Source: Planctomycetaceae bacterium (GTDB lineage Bacteria; Planctomycetota; Planctomycetia; Pirellulales; Thermoguttaceae). Taken from it: DNA of 64,000 nucleotides. A program made the translations under genes and the position numbers. Of the stretch, positions 53,184-62,914 are shown piece after piece. The notes beneath the pieces were generated by a model. That model made no database searches. It worked only from the letters and a program-made list of their open reading frames with translations, and had not been told where the DNA came from. Within the stretch, counting starts at the first letter, position 1; every line of letters begins with the position of its first letter. Location: NCBI GenBank assembly GCA_012719125.1, contig JAAYAY010000013.1, positions 1 to 64,000 of the forward strand, in the 5' to 3' direction.

Positions 53184-55700
53184 TCACTCCTTCAGTTCCA
53201 CTACATCTTTCCCCTGGGAACGCACGCCGATGATGCGGCGGCCGTCGACAATCACCTGGTACGTCACGCCGTTTTCGCCCTCGATGATGGCCTGGTCGCC
53301 CTGAAGGGTGACGGGAAACGGTGCTGCCACCCGGTGCGTCTTGTCGGCCGCCACCGAAATCGCGTCGAGTTTGCCCTCCAGCACGAGGCGCAAGCTGACC
53401 AGCGCGCAGGGATTGATCGTCCAGGGACGACGTTCCTGGGTCTCCAGCGCCAACGCGTCCGGAAGAAGGCCCGCGTAGTCGCCGTCGGGATACTGCATCT
53501 GCTCGCCCGCAATCAGAATCCCCCAGGCGAGGTGTTTCCAGTCGAGCGTGTCGTCGTAGGGTGCCAGCTTCGTGAGGGCATAGGCATACACTAGTCCGAC
53601 CCATTGGACCGGGAGTCCGAACCAGACGGGGGCTCGCCAGTTGGTCGCTCCCAGAACGGGAACCGTCCCGTAGACCATGATCGGTTGATTGCCCCACTGG
53701 TAGACGAACGGTACTCCGGAAATCGCCCACCGGCGCGCCTCGTCGAGATAGCTCTTGTCGCCCGTCAGTTCATAGCCTCGCACGTAGGCCCAGACGAGAT
53801 AGGCCGACGCCAGTTGGTCGGGAGTGTGCAAGGGAATCTCCCAAACTTGGGCGCCGCGAGGCGTGCGGAACCGCTTCATGTACTCCAACGTGCGGACACC
53901 AGCCTCCAGGGCGCGGGGGTCCGCCGTAATCCAGGCGTATTCCAGCAGGCCGGCCGCCGGCCTGGCGCAAACGCCGCTTGCCGTGTCTTCGTGGTGGCCC
54001 TGGGCGAACTTGCCCTGATAGCGAAAAGAACCGTCCTCCTGCTGCTGTTTCAGCAATCCGTCGATCTGCGCAAGCTGCTTCTCCTTCCATTCGAAGGCCT
54101 GATTGGTCAGGAAGAAAATCGATTCGTTGGCGATATGGGCGCCGCGCATCGTGAAGTCGCGCCGTCTGGGCACCTGGCCCGTGAGTCGGAAAAGCGTGGA
54201 AACCATGTCGGCGAAGTACTGCCTCGGCCAGCGGTCTTCGACGCAATGGCCCCATCCCTCGGTGGATCGCAGGGGACCATTGAGCGCTTGCAGGCAGAGT
54301 CGGTACTGGGCCTCGGAGCTGCGTGGGGCGTCTGGTAAGGGAGGAAGCCCGCGGCGCTTCACCGCCCAAACGATCTGATCCTCCAGAGAGCCGCCGGCCA
54401 CTCGCAGGACCGCCTTGATCGTGGAACCCTGCAAGGCCATGCGGTGATCGTCGGCCGCGTCGAAGAAATTGGGTGTGGCAAAGATCGGTTGCAGGCCCAT
54501 GTCGTCCCAGGTCAGCGAGACCGACGCTCGGTCGGTGACAAACGACATGAGCGGCATGGTCACGTCGAGCGGCTTGGGGGCGAAGCGGAGGTGGGCTTCT
54601 GTTTCCACGTCGAGCTTGGTGGAACTGTGTTCTCCCTTTCCGAGGTGTTCCAGGCCGGCGAGCAGGCCCTGCTCCAGGCCGCCCAAGACTCGGACCACCG
54701 GGCCTTCACACACGCTCTCGCTCTCGATGACGATATGAATCTCGTTGCCGGCGGTCGAAAGCGTCAACGCAACTCCCTCACCGCGAAACTGAAGGGATTG
54801 AGGCGTGGACGTCAAGTTGAACGACGGGATCCGGTAATCGCAGTGAACCAGCGGCGCCAACAGGGCGACCACCTGGTCGTTCCGAAAAACGCGAGCCGCC
54901 TTGCCGTCCGGAGCGACCTGCAGCTTTCCGCCCTCCAAGGGCATGTCCAGCCACTGGACCGGCGCCTCCGGATGCACGACGAAAAGCGAGCGGCTCACGT
55001 CGGGCAGACCCTCGGCCTGAAGGTCGATCCGAATCGGTTCGATGAGTTGCTTGGCGTCGGTGCCGATCGCGATCACCTTCTCGGTCCCGGGCTGCAGCAA
55101 GAGTACCTGCCCGGCGGCGGTGAACTGTCTCGGTGAGGTCCCATGATTCTTGATCGTGAATTCCGCCCCCGCCTCCGTTAACGCGATACGATCAATCGAC
55201 AACGGGTGCTCGCCCAGGTGGACGAGGCGAATCCAGTCGATCTCGATTTCCCCGGCGCCGTCGGCCGGATCAAGCCGGATGTCGGTCAAATGCCCGGGAG
55301 CGTGGAAGTCGACCTTGTATTCGTGCCACTCATTGTCGGGAATCACTTCGAGGGAACGCGCCTTGTCGTCGCCCCGGCGCGGCGACTCCCGGGTGATCCA
55401 ATAGACCTGGGCAGGCCCTGGAGCCGTGCCGCGGGCGCGGTACTCGAGAGCCATCTGCCCCCCGGAAGTGTCAACGCGGGCGTGCATGTAGGGATCCTTG
55501 CCGGTTGTGTGGACGAGCAGATTGCCGTCGCGGGTCGTCAGCTCGCAACGAGCTTCCGCAAACCAGCCCTTCGTCCCCTCGGAGAAGTCCCACTCCGCCA
55601 CCACTTCGCGGAGTGTTGGACGTGGCATCGGATTGATCTGAGGCAACGGTTCGTCGAACCCCGGCAAGCAGAGCAGACAGATAATGGCGGCGTGGTGCAT
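53184..55700 (-). CDS. Large secreted hypothetical protein (839 aa), possible glycan-active alpha/alpha-toroid-like C-terminal region
   Basis: RBS ggagg before 'MHHAAIICLLCLPGFDEP'; no named motif recognised. C-terminal third is W/Y-rich ('YLVWAYVRGYELTGDKSYLDEARRWAISGVPFVYQWGNQ'). The function is inference only. Confidence 0.55.
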   Translation of the reverse strand: MHHAAIICLLCLPGFDEPLPQINPMPRPTLREVVAEWDFSEGTKGWFAEARCELTTRDGNLLVHTTGKDPYMHARVDTSGGQMALEYRARGTAPGPAQVYWITRESPRRGDDKARSLEVIPDNEWHEYKVDFHAPGHLTDIRLDPADGAGEIEIDWIRLVHLGEHPLSIDRIALTEAGAEFTIKNHGTSPRQFTAAGQVLLLQPGTEKVIAIGTDAKQLIEPIRIDLQAEGLPDVSRSLFVVHPEAPVQWLDMPLEGGKLQVAPDGKAARVFRNDQVVALLAPLVHCDYRIPSFNLTSTPQSLQFRGEGVALTLSTAGNEIHIVIESESVCEGPVVRVLGGLEQGLLAGLEHLGKGEHSSTKLDVETEAHLRFAPKPLDVTMPLMSFVTDRASVSLTWDDMGLQPIFATPNFFDAADDHRMALQGSTIKAVLRVAGGSLEDQIVWAVKRRGLPPLPDAPRSSEAQYRLCLQALNGPLRSTEGWGHCVEDRWPRQYFADMVSTLFRLTGQVPRRRDFTMRGAHIANESIFFLTNQAFEWKEKQLAQIDGLLKQQQEDGSFRYQGKFAQGHHEDTASGVCARPAAGLLEYAWITADPRALEAGVRTLEYMKRFRTPRGAQVWEIPLHTPDQLASAYLVWAYVRGYELTGDKSYLDEARRWAISGVPFVYQWGNQPIMVYGTVPVLGATNWRAPVWFGLPVQWVGLVYAYALTKLAPYDDTLDWKHLAWGILIAGEQMQYPDGDYAGLLPDALALETQERRPWTINPCALVSLRLVLEGKLDAISVAADKTHRVAAPFPVTLQGDQAIIEGENGVTYQVIVDGRRIIGVRSQGKDVVELKE

Positions 55701-56146
55701 CGGTTCCTCCAGACATCCCTGTTGGGCAGTCGGCCGCCCGCCACAGAGCCCGACGCGGACGGCGAAAACGCCAGTGTAGCAGATCCCCCGGCAAGCCGCG
55801 CACCGGCCGACGGGCTCTCGAAGAGAATCTGCGGGCTGACGGGCCCAGCGTTGGGCTGATGGACGGACTCCATGCGTCCCAAGGGCCCTGGCTGACCCAC
55901 TGGACGCCGAAATTCTGTCTCGCCTTGTGGCGAACGCGGTGAGCCAATTACGATAGGAGATATCACCGGCCATCCATCGGCGATTGGAGTCGGATCGTCT
56001 GTCTTGTGCTTGCCCTACTCCGTCTGGGTTCCAGCTTCTCGTTCGATCGGGGGGCAAAAACCGCCGGAGCCCCCAACCCCACTGGTTGGGCGGATTGGGT
56101 GGCCGGAGGCGGGAATCGGAACCTCGCAACCCCTCGGAGTGCGGCA

Positions 56147-57469
56147 ATGCCCCGACGCAATCTACGCGTTCTCGTCCTGGCGTTGCTGGTGTGCCTCCTC
56201 TGCGCGCCACGCGTCTCCCGATCCGGTCGCGTCCTCTGGTTTGCCATGCGCCACATCGAGGCCCACTACCTCACCTCCGTCGACGAAGAAAAACTGTTTC
56301 AAGGGGCCATGGACGGGATGACGAAGGCATTGGGCGACCCCTATTCAGCCTATATTCCCCCCGAAGTTCTCCCCGAATTCAATGAGCAAATCGATCGCCA
56401 GTTCGGCGGGCTGGGAATCGAGATCCGGATCGACCACGATACCAAGTACCTTACCGTCGCCAGCCCACTCGTTGGCACGCCGGCAGCCGAGGCCGGTCTG
56501 CTTGCCGGCGATCGAATCCTGCGAATCGATGATGAAAGCACTCAAGGCCTTTCCATCGAGGACGCCGCCAAACTGCTTCGCGGCCTGCCCGGGGAACCGG
56601 TGACGCTGACCATCTCGAGGAAGGGTGCGAAAGAGACTCGCCAGGTTGAGGTCGTTCGTGCCGAGATTCAGGTCGGTACGGTGTTGGGAGACACGCGCGA
56701 TGCGGACGGCTCCTGGAACTACTACCTCGACGGGTATCCCGGAATCGGATACCTGCGACTCGATTCTTTCGGCGAGAACACCGGGGCGCAGATGCGCGAG
56801 GTGATCGCCGATCTGAAGAAACAGGGCCTGAAAGGTCTGATTCTGGACATGCGGGGCAACCCGGGCGGCCTGCTGCCCGCGGCAATCGACGTCTGCGACC
56901 TGTTCGTTTCTCCCGACGATCCCCCCTCGACCGGGCCCGGCGGTGAACACATTTCGTCCGGCCTGATCCTCACGACACGCGATCGCCGGGGACAGGTGAT
57001 CCAGGAATTCTACGCCCATGACGACGGAACCGTGAACGGCTTTCCCATGGCCGTGCTTGTCAACGGGGAGAGTGCCTCGGCCGCCGAGATCGTGGCCGCT
57101 TGCCTTCAGGATCACGGCAAGGCGATCGTCGTGGGGGAACGCTCGTTCGGAAAGGGCACCGTCCAGGAGATTCTCGACTTTCACCCGGACCAGGGGCTCC
57201 TCAAGCTGACCATGGCCAGTTATTGGCGTCCCAGCGGACGGAACATCAACCGCAGCGAAGGCGCGCAGGAATGGGGCGTATCGCCTAATGCCGGTTTTGC
57301 GGTCGCCCTCAACGATGAGGAACGGGTCAATCTTGCCGTCGCGCGGCGGATGCGCGACGTAGCCGAGTCCTACACCGACGAAGAACTGGCCGCAGAAGAA
57401 GTCCCCGAGTTCAACGATCGCCAGCGCAATGCGGCCGTCGAGTGGATCGAGGATCAGATCTCGAACTGA
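56147..57469 (+). CDS. Carboxyl-terminal processing protease (S41 family, CtpA/Prc-like) with PDZ domain
   Basis: Signal 'LVLALLVCLLCAPRVS'; PDZ 'LAGDRILRIDDESTQGLSIEDAAKLLRGLPGEPVTLTI'; S41 'GLILDMRGNPGGLL', catalytic Ser 'VLVNGESASAAEIVAACLQDHGKAIVVGERSFGKGTVQ'. Confidence 0.9.
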   Translation: MPRRNLRVLVLALLVCLLCAPRVSRSGRVLWFAMRHIEAHYLTSVDEEKLFQGAMDGMTKALGDPYSAYIPPEVLPEFNEQIDRQFGGLGIEIRIDHDTKYLTVASPLVGTPAAEAGLLAGDRILRIDDESTQGLSIEDAAKLLRGLPGEPVTLTISRKGAKETRQVEVVRAEIQVGTVLGDTRDADGSWNYYLDGYPGIGYLRLDSFGENTGAQMREVIADLKKQGLKGLILDMRGNPGGLLPAAIDVCDLFVSPDDPPSTGPGGEHISSGLILTTRDRRGQVIQEFYAHDDGTVNGFPMAVLVNGESASAAEIVAACLQDHGKAIVVGERSFGKGTVQEILDFHPDQGLLKLTMASYWRPSGRNINRSEGAQEWGVSPNAGFAVALNDEERVNLAVARRMRDVAESYTDEELAAEEVPEFNDRQRNAAVEWIEDQISN

Positions 57470-60315
57470 ACGCTGCCGACGTTGTCGGCTACGATCGTGG
57501 TGATCCCGGTGATGTAGAACCCGCCTTCCAGGTTACCCGAAGCGTCGTTGCCCACGATCAGGTTGTCGTTGGCCGTGCCGTACTCCGACACGCCAAACTT
57601 CTGCGTCGTCCGGCTGCCGCCCGTCCCGATTGTGTTGTCGGCGACAAGGACAAACGTGCAATTGACCAGCAAGATACCGCTGAAATCCCCCGTTCGACGC
57701 AGGGAATTGTCGACGACGGTGTTCCGGTAAATCGCGTTGTCGCTGCCTCCGTTGACCAGGATGCCTTCCCGGGCATTTCCGCGGATGAGATTGTCGGCCA
57801 CGGTATTGAACATGTCGGCGAAGGAGCCACCCAGACCCAGGCCGCCCACGCCGTACCTCCCGTTGTCTTCCAGCACGTTGCCGGTGACGAGAATGTCGAA
57901 ATTGTCGAAGCAGAAATGGAAGCCGTTGTCGCCGTTGTTACGGCTGACGTTGTTGATCCAGAGCCCGCCGCGATTCAAGTCGCCTCCGGGGTGCAAACCG
58001 TGGCGACGGCTCCCTACGACCAGTGAATTCTCCACGATCACGTCGCTGCTTCCCGCGACTAGAATCCCGTCGCCGGAATCCCCCCGGGTCGCGTAGCCCG
58101 CCTGGCGGATGGTCGCTCCGGAAATCACGGCGTCGGCTTCCACGTTGACGAGGATGCCGTGTCCCCGGACCTTCTCGATGGTAACGTTCTCGATGCGATT
58201 GTCGTGTCCGCCCGTGAGATAGATCCCGCCGCCGTTGGATTCGCGGACGGTCACGTTGCGAACCGCGCCGTCGACCGCCTTTTCCAGATGAATGAGCGCT
58301 GGACTGGCGAGACGCCAGGCCTCGGAGAGTTCGTCCAGGTTCCCGTCGAGAGTCAGGTCCTCCACGACCACGTCCGCCGTCGAGCCGGCTTCGTAGTACC
58401 AGGCGGTGCGGACCAGCGGGAAGTAGTTGACCACGCTGGCCGTGGCGACCGGCGCGTACGTTCCGACAACGGCAATCGGACTGTCAAGATAGAGCTTGCC
58501 GGACTCGATCTTCACGATCGTGTGGCATGCCACAGCACTCTGCCCGTAGGCCAGAATCGCAATGTCGTCGCCGACCGTGAAACCCTTGGTTGATTCCACT
58601 TGCACAAACGTCGCGCCGGTGGCTGCCGTGACCGTGAGCCGCGTCTCGACGTGGTCGGGACGCTCGAGGATCGTCTTCTCCCCTGCTCCGCGCAGGGTCA
58701 CGCCGTCGCGTAGCACAAGCCCCTGCCGCAGGGTAAACGTTCCCTCGGGAAGAACCACCACGCCCCCTTCCTCGGGCAAGGCGTCGATCGCAGCCTGGAA
58801 GCCCCAGGCGGGGTCGCTCGAGTCAAGGAATGCGCTGGCGTAGATCGTCGTTTCCGCTCCCGGACGCTCGACCACAAGCGCGATCCCCGGCTCGGCAACG
58901 TCGACCGTCTGGTCGCCCTCCTCACTCAACCTGGCCGTGACGACGTTAAACCCCTGGGCCCGGCGCACCGTGCCGGACGGATCCTCCGTGAGGGTCACGC
59001 AACGTTCCTCGACCGTAAGGGTGTCGGTGCCGTCCGAATCGTAGACCAGGGCCTCGTCGACCCCCACACTTGCCTTGGCCTGAACGAAGTCAAAGCCTCC
59101 CACTCGGTGCTCGTACCCGGCGCCCCGGAGCCAACTGTGAGTCGAACGGCTTTCGAACGAGTCGGCTCCCGCGGTCCCGCGCAGTTCCGCCTCGTCGTTT
59201 CCGCCCGAGTCGGCATAGGCGTGAACGGAGTCGAACAGCTTGGCGCGGATGAAGTAGTCCTCGCCCAGAAGCTTCCCCCATTCAGAAGTACCGATATAGC
59301 GGTCGTCGCCGGCCGAATCGTGAAGGTTGGCGATATCGTATCCGCCGCCTCGCGCATAGGCGTTGACGACGTCGAATCCATCGGCCCGGTTGATGTACCC
59401 GCTGCCATACAGCGTGGTTTGAGCCGGCGTGCCATGGAGAACGTCGTTACCCGCCGAGTCGACCAGTTCCGCGCAATCGAATCCGCGGCTCGCATAGGCG
59501 GTTACCGAATCGAAACCCACGGCCGCGTTGGAGAAGCCCCGGCCCGACAGGGTCGCACTCTCCGGCGTGGCGCTCAAGTAGTCGTCGCCCGCCGAATCGT
59601 AGATTCTCGCATGGTCGCTGCCGCCGCCCGCATACGCCACCACCTCGCCAAAGAACTTGACTCGGATCGCGTAATTCTCGCCCGACAATCGGCTCCAAGT
59701 TTCCCTTCCCACGAACAGTTCATCGGCATCCGAGCCGGAGATCTCGGCTCGATCGTTACCCCCGGATCGAGCATAGGCGTGCACGTACTCGACCGATTCG
59801 ACGCGAAACGCGAAGCCGTCGCCCGACAGGGTGGAAACGTCCGGGCTGCCGGTGAAAACGTCGTCACCCGCCGAGTCGTTCAGGTACGCTTCGTCAATGC
59901 CGCCGGCATCGGCGACGACCGTCACTTCGCCCGCTCCGGTGGCGACCACCGTCAAACCGTCGGCAACCAGGCGAGTCTCGGCGGGATCGGCGTAGATTGT
60001 GTCGTTGCCGGCCGTATCGTGAAGGACGACGGTGTCGTCTTCTCCGGCGATCAAGGTGATCTCATCAATCGAGTCAACGGCAAACTGCCGGCTGACTCCG
60101 TTCAGCGTGACTCGATATTCGCCGTCGGTGGCGAACTCGAACGCATCCTCCCCGTCCGTGCTGCGGACGGTCAAATGCGTTCCTTCCACGGTGATCTGGT
60201 CGTCGATCGACCACGGCGAAACGGCCAGCAGCAGTCGCGACTCGAGGGGTTCGATCGAGAGCCGCTGGCCGAGGCCCGACCGGCGGGGACGACGGGAATC
60301 CGGGTGCATTCTCAT
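57454..60315 (-). CDS. Secreted repeat protein: planctomycete N-terminal motif, about 7 tandem 37-aa 'DSAGDD' repeats, C-terminal right-handed parallel beta-helix
   Basis: N-terminal 'LSIEPLESRLLLAVSPW'; repeats such as 'AYARSGGNDRAEISGSDADELF', 'AYAGGGSDHARIYDSAGDDYLSATPESATLSGRGF', 'AYASRGFDCAELVDSAGNDVLHGTPAQTTLYGSGY'. Beta-helix 'NVTVRESNGGGIYLTGGHDNRIENVTIEKVRGHGILV...NNGDNGFHF...LIRGNAREGILVNGGSDNAIYRNTV'. Confidence 0.75.
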   Translation of the reverse strand: MRMHPDSRRPRRSGLGQRLSIEPLESRLLLAVSPWSIDDQITVEGTHLTVRSTDGEDAFEFATDGEYRVTLNGVSRQFAVDSIDEITLIAGEDDTVVLHDTAGNDTIYADPAETRLVADGLTVVATGAGEVTVVADAGGIDEAYLNDSAGDDVFTGSPDVSTLSGDGFAFRVESVEYVHAYARSGGNDRAEISGSDADELFVGRETWSRLSGENYAIRVKFFGEVVAYAGGGSDHARIYDSAGDDYLSATPESATLSGRGFSNAAVGFDSVTAYASRGFDCAELVDSAGNDVLHGTPAQTTLYGSGYINRADGFDVVNAYARGGGYDIANLHDSAGDDRYIGTSEWGKLLGEDYFIRAKLFDSVHAYADSGGNDEAELRGTAGADSFESRSTHSWLRGAGYEHRVGGFDFVQAKASVGVDEALVYDSDGTDTLTVEERCVTLTEDPSGTVRRAQGFNVVTARLSEEGDQTVDVAEPGIALVVERPGAETTIYASAFLDSSDPAWGFQAAIDALPEEGGVVVLPEGTFTLRQGLVLRDGVTLRGAGEKTILERPDHVETRLTVTAATGATFVQVESTKGFTVGDDIAILAYGQSAVACHTIVKIESGKLYLDSPIAVVGTYAPVATASVVNYFPLVRTAWYYEAGSTADVVVEDLTLDGNLDELSEAWRLASPALIHLEKAVDGAVRNVTVRESNGGGIYLTGGHDNRIENVTIEKVRGHGILVNVEADAVISGATIRQAGYATRGDSGDGILVAGSSDVIVENSLVVGSRRHGLHPGGDLNRGGLWINNVSRNNGDNGFHFCFDNFDILVTGNVLEDNGRYGVGGLGLGGSFADMFNTVADNLIRGNAREGILVNGGSDNAIYRNTVVDNSLRRTGDFSGILLVNCTFVLVADNTIGTGGSRTTQKFGVSEYGTANDNLIVGNDASGNLEGGFYITGITTIVADNVGSVQFEI

Positions 60316-60824
60316 GGCTGCAATCGCTGAAGTGCCGAAGGGAGGAGCTCTCGCGGGTTCCTTCCCGACTGGCCGCCGCACTCTCCATTCTGATTGGAGC
60401 GCGCAGGAATCTCCAAGGTTTTGTACTGGAGGATGCAAACTCGGGACCGAACAAGAAAGATCCGCCCGTCACCGACTCAGATGCCTAGCCGTTTTGAGGG
60501 GTGAGCAGCCGTGTGCCCGGAAGCAATCGGCACAATCCGCATATTTCGAACCGCAACATCCGAGCAATCGTTCGAATGCCAGCCGTGCGGTCCGTCCCGT
60601 GCCGCGGGCTTTTCGCATACCGGCTCTGCCCGCGAAGCAAGAAGGCAGCGTACTCCGTCCTTGTGTTGCCAAAAGACAACACGCCGCGAAATTCATGCCG
60701 CAGAAGGACTCCCGATTATCCGACCTGCGGCACGGAAACGTTCTATGTTTACTCAGATAGTGGCGTTGTTTCCTCCGCCAGCCAACAAGCAAACACCAAC
60801 CAGTCCCACCACGCGAGGACGGCC

Positions 60825-61385
60825 ATGAAGCCGACAATCATCATCGCAGTATCGCTCATCACCGTGACCGTCATTGCCGTCGGCAGCCTGCAATTCCACC
60901 GAAGCCAGCCGTCCGAAGATCCTGGAATGCCCAAATACGTTCCCTTCTCCGAATCGGCCGCTCCAGTTGCAGACGCGCCGGCACCAGCACCAGCGGACTC
61001 GACTCCAAACCGTCCGACACCTGAAACGCCGGCCGAGACAGACACCAGTCCCATTTCGCCGGCTACCAGCCGGACAGGCCAAAAAGACTGTCTCACGCTC
61101 CTGAGCGTTGCCGAGCGGAGACTGGGGCAATTCGACGACCACGACAAGCGGGCGTGGCGGGTCGAAGTGAAAAACGAGAGCGATCAGAACCGCTATTGCT
61201 ACGTGGAAGTGGAGTGGCTCGATGAAGCCGGATCGCACGTCGACGGCGCCCATACGCTGAGACGGATCGCCCCCGGCACCTGCTCCATTTCCGTGGTCCA
61301 TCCGATGGCCCCGGAAACCGCCGCCAGGGCCAAGTCGATTCGGGTTGTCGAACTTCAAACGCGATCGACGCCCGCGGACGAGTAG
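60825..61385 (+). CDS. Membrane-anchored hypothetical protein (single N-terminal TM, Pro/Ala/Thr-rich linker, small C-terminal domain)
   Basis: 'MKPTIIIAVSLITVTVIAVGSL' TM; linker 'APVADAPAPAPADSTPNRPTPETPAETDTSP'; C-terminal 'WRVEVKNESDQNRYCYVEVEWLDEAGSHVDG'. Confidence 0.5.
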   Translation: MKPTIIIAVSLITVTVIAVGSLQFHRSQPSEDPGMPKYVPFSESAAPVADAPAPAPADSTPNRPTPETPAETDTSPISPATSRTGQKDCLTLLSVAERRLGQFDDHDKRAWRVEVKNESDQNRYCYVEVEWLDEAGSHVDGAHTLRRIAPGTCSISVVHPMAPETAARAKSIRVVELQTRSTPADE

Positions 61386-61762
61386 AACAAGACGGCGGTT
61401 CATGCCCTGTCCTCCTGCGACTGCTCTCCGAACACCTTGCGGTCTTCACAGCGGCCCTCTCGTCGGCGTTTGTATTCTCACGCCGCGCGGAGTTTCAGAC
61501 CGACATTAGCCTCCCGGAACCGCGCGACCGCACCCGAGATTTGTCGGATGACTGTTCGGGTAGCGGACAAACCTGATCGCCGCGCTGCAAGAGTCGCCCT
61601 CGCCATCGTCCGCAGGCGGTTGGCAGCCTGATGCGATTGAGAAACTCGCATCTCGGGGAGAAGGCTAGTGCAGTGGAAGGGGTCGCTTGCTCTCCGCAGG
61701 TCGTTTGGTATCGTAAGACCTTGTACAGTAACACGTTATAGTGTCTTGCGCCGTCCTTTTGC

Positions 61763-61791
61763 TTGACAGATTTCCTGTATTATTGTATTTT
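61763..61791 (+). promoter_or_regulatory. Sigma-70-like promoter (TTGACA-17 nt-TATTTT) for the islet's first gene
   Basis: 'ttgaca gatttcctgtattattg tatttt' in an AT-rich stretch, followed by RBS 'aggaaa' and ATG 61805. Confidence 0.45.
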
Positions 61792-61804
61792 CCAAAATAG
61801 GAAA

Positions 61805-62914
61805 ATGAGTAATTTCAGGAAAACACCTACCGAATCGGACATCCTTGAGCGACTTCGCCGTGGCGAAGTCGCCCTGCCACCGTTGCGTCTGGAAATCGTC
61901 GAAACAGGAAAATGGTCCGACCGGGGATCGGCCGTGTGGGACGCTGTTGTTGTTGCGTCGTACAACGACCAACAGGCTGAATTCGTCGTCGAGTGCAAAG
62001 CCCTGTCGACTCCAAAGGGATTTGACGACGCCGTTCGGCAGTTTCAAGGCCAGCCATTGCCGTCTGACGCCCTGCCGATGGTGATCATGCCCTATCTGCG
62101 TGAATCTCAACTCCGAGAGCTGGAGGCACTGGGGATCAGCGGCGTGGATCTGTGTGGTAACGGCATCGTCGTGGCCCCGGGGCGTTTCACCGTGTCTCGG
62201 ACTGGTGAAAAGAACCAGTTTTCGACGTATTCGCCGATTAAGAATATCTACCGCAAGAACTCCTCGATGGTCGGCCGAGTGTTTCTTGCAACGCCTTTCT
62301 TTGAGAGCGTTCAGCAGATCCGTGAGTCGATCAACGCCAGAAACCTGCTTCTGTCGCGTTGGAGGAAGACACCAATGGGGCTGAGCACCGTCTCAAAGGT
62401 GCTCAAGGTGCTTGAGGAGGATCTCATTGTCGAACGAAGCCAACGAATTCGGCTCCTCCAGCCGGATAAGCTGTTGGAATCCTTGAAAGACAATTTTGTT
62501 CAGCCAAGCGACCCGCCTCGGATTCGGCTAAAACTCGAAGGTGATAGGGCAACCTTGTTGCGGCTGCTGACGGAGCAAGCCAACGCGGCCTCGGTTCCCA
62601 TGGTAGCGACTGGCTTGTCGTCCGTTTCGCGGTATGCCGTCATGCAGCGAGAAGACATACTGTCGGTCTACTGCCCACGAATTGCAGCCTTGCGAGAACG
62701 CCTGGACGGCAAGGCGACCGACCGATTCCACAATGTCGAGTTGATCGAGACCGACGAGCAGCCCCTGTATTTCGACACGCGGGAAGCGGACGGGTTTCAT
62801 TGGGCGTCACCAGTGCAAACGTTCCTTGAACTCACGGCGGGCGACAAACGCGACAAGGAAACCGCTGAACAGGTGAAAGCCCATCTTCTCCGCAGCTTGG
62901 GAGTCACGGATTGA
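61805..62914 (+). CDS. Hypothetical protein with N-terminal PD-(D/E)xK nuclease-like motif and central wHTH-like segment; upstream partner of the AbiEii-like gene
   Basis: 'GSAVWDAVVVASYNDQQAEFVVECKAL' shows D...E-x-K spacing typical of the PD-(D/E)xK fold. 'LSTVSKVLKVLEEDLIVER' is wHTH-like. 4-bp ATGA overlap with the next gene. Lower GC than the rest of the window. Confidence 0.55.
   Translation: MSNFRKTPTESDILERLRRGEVALPPLRLEIVETGKWSDRGSAVWDAVVVASYNDQQAEFVVECKALSTPKGFDDAVRQFQGQPLPSDALPMVIMPYLRESQLRELEALGISGVDLCGNGIVVAPGRFTVSRTGEKNQFSTYSPIKNIYRKNSSMVGRVFLATPFFESVQQIRESINARNLLLSRWRKTPMGLSTVSKVLKVLEEDLIVERSQRIRLLQPDKLLESLKDNFVQPSDPPRIRLKLEGDRATLLRLLTEQANAASVPMVATGLSSVSRYAVMQREDILSVYCPRIAALRERLDGKATDRFHNVELIETDEQPLYFDTREADGFHWASPVQTFLELTAGDKRDKETAEQVKAHLLRSLGVTD

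Noticed and set aside
53080-53730. 216-aa minus-strand ORF overlapping the 3' end of the large 53184-55700 gene in another frame
   Set aside because: Low-complexity R/G-rich translation; overlaps the better-supported ORF.
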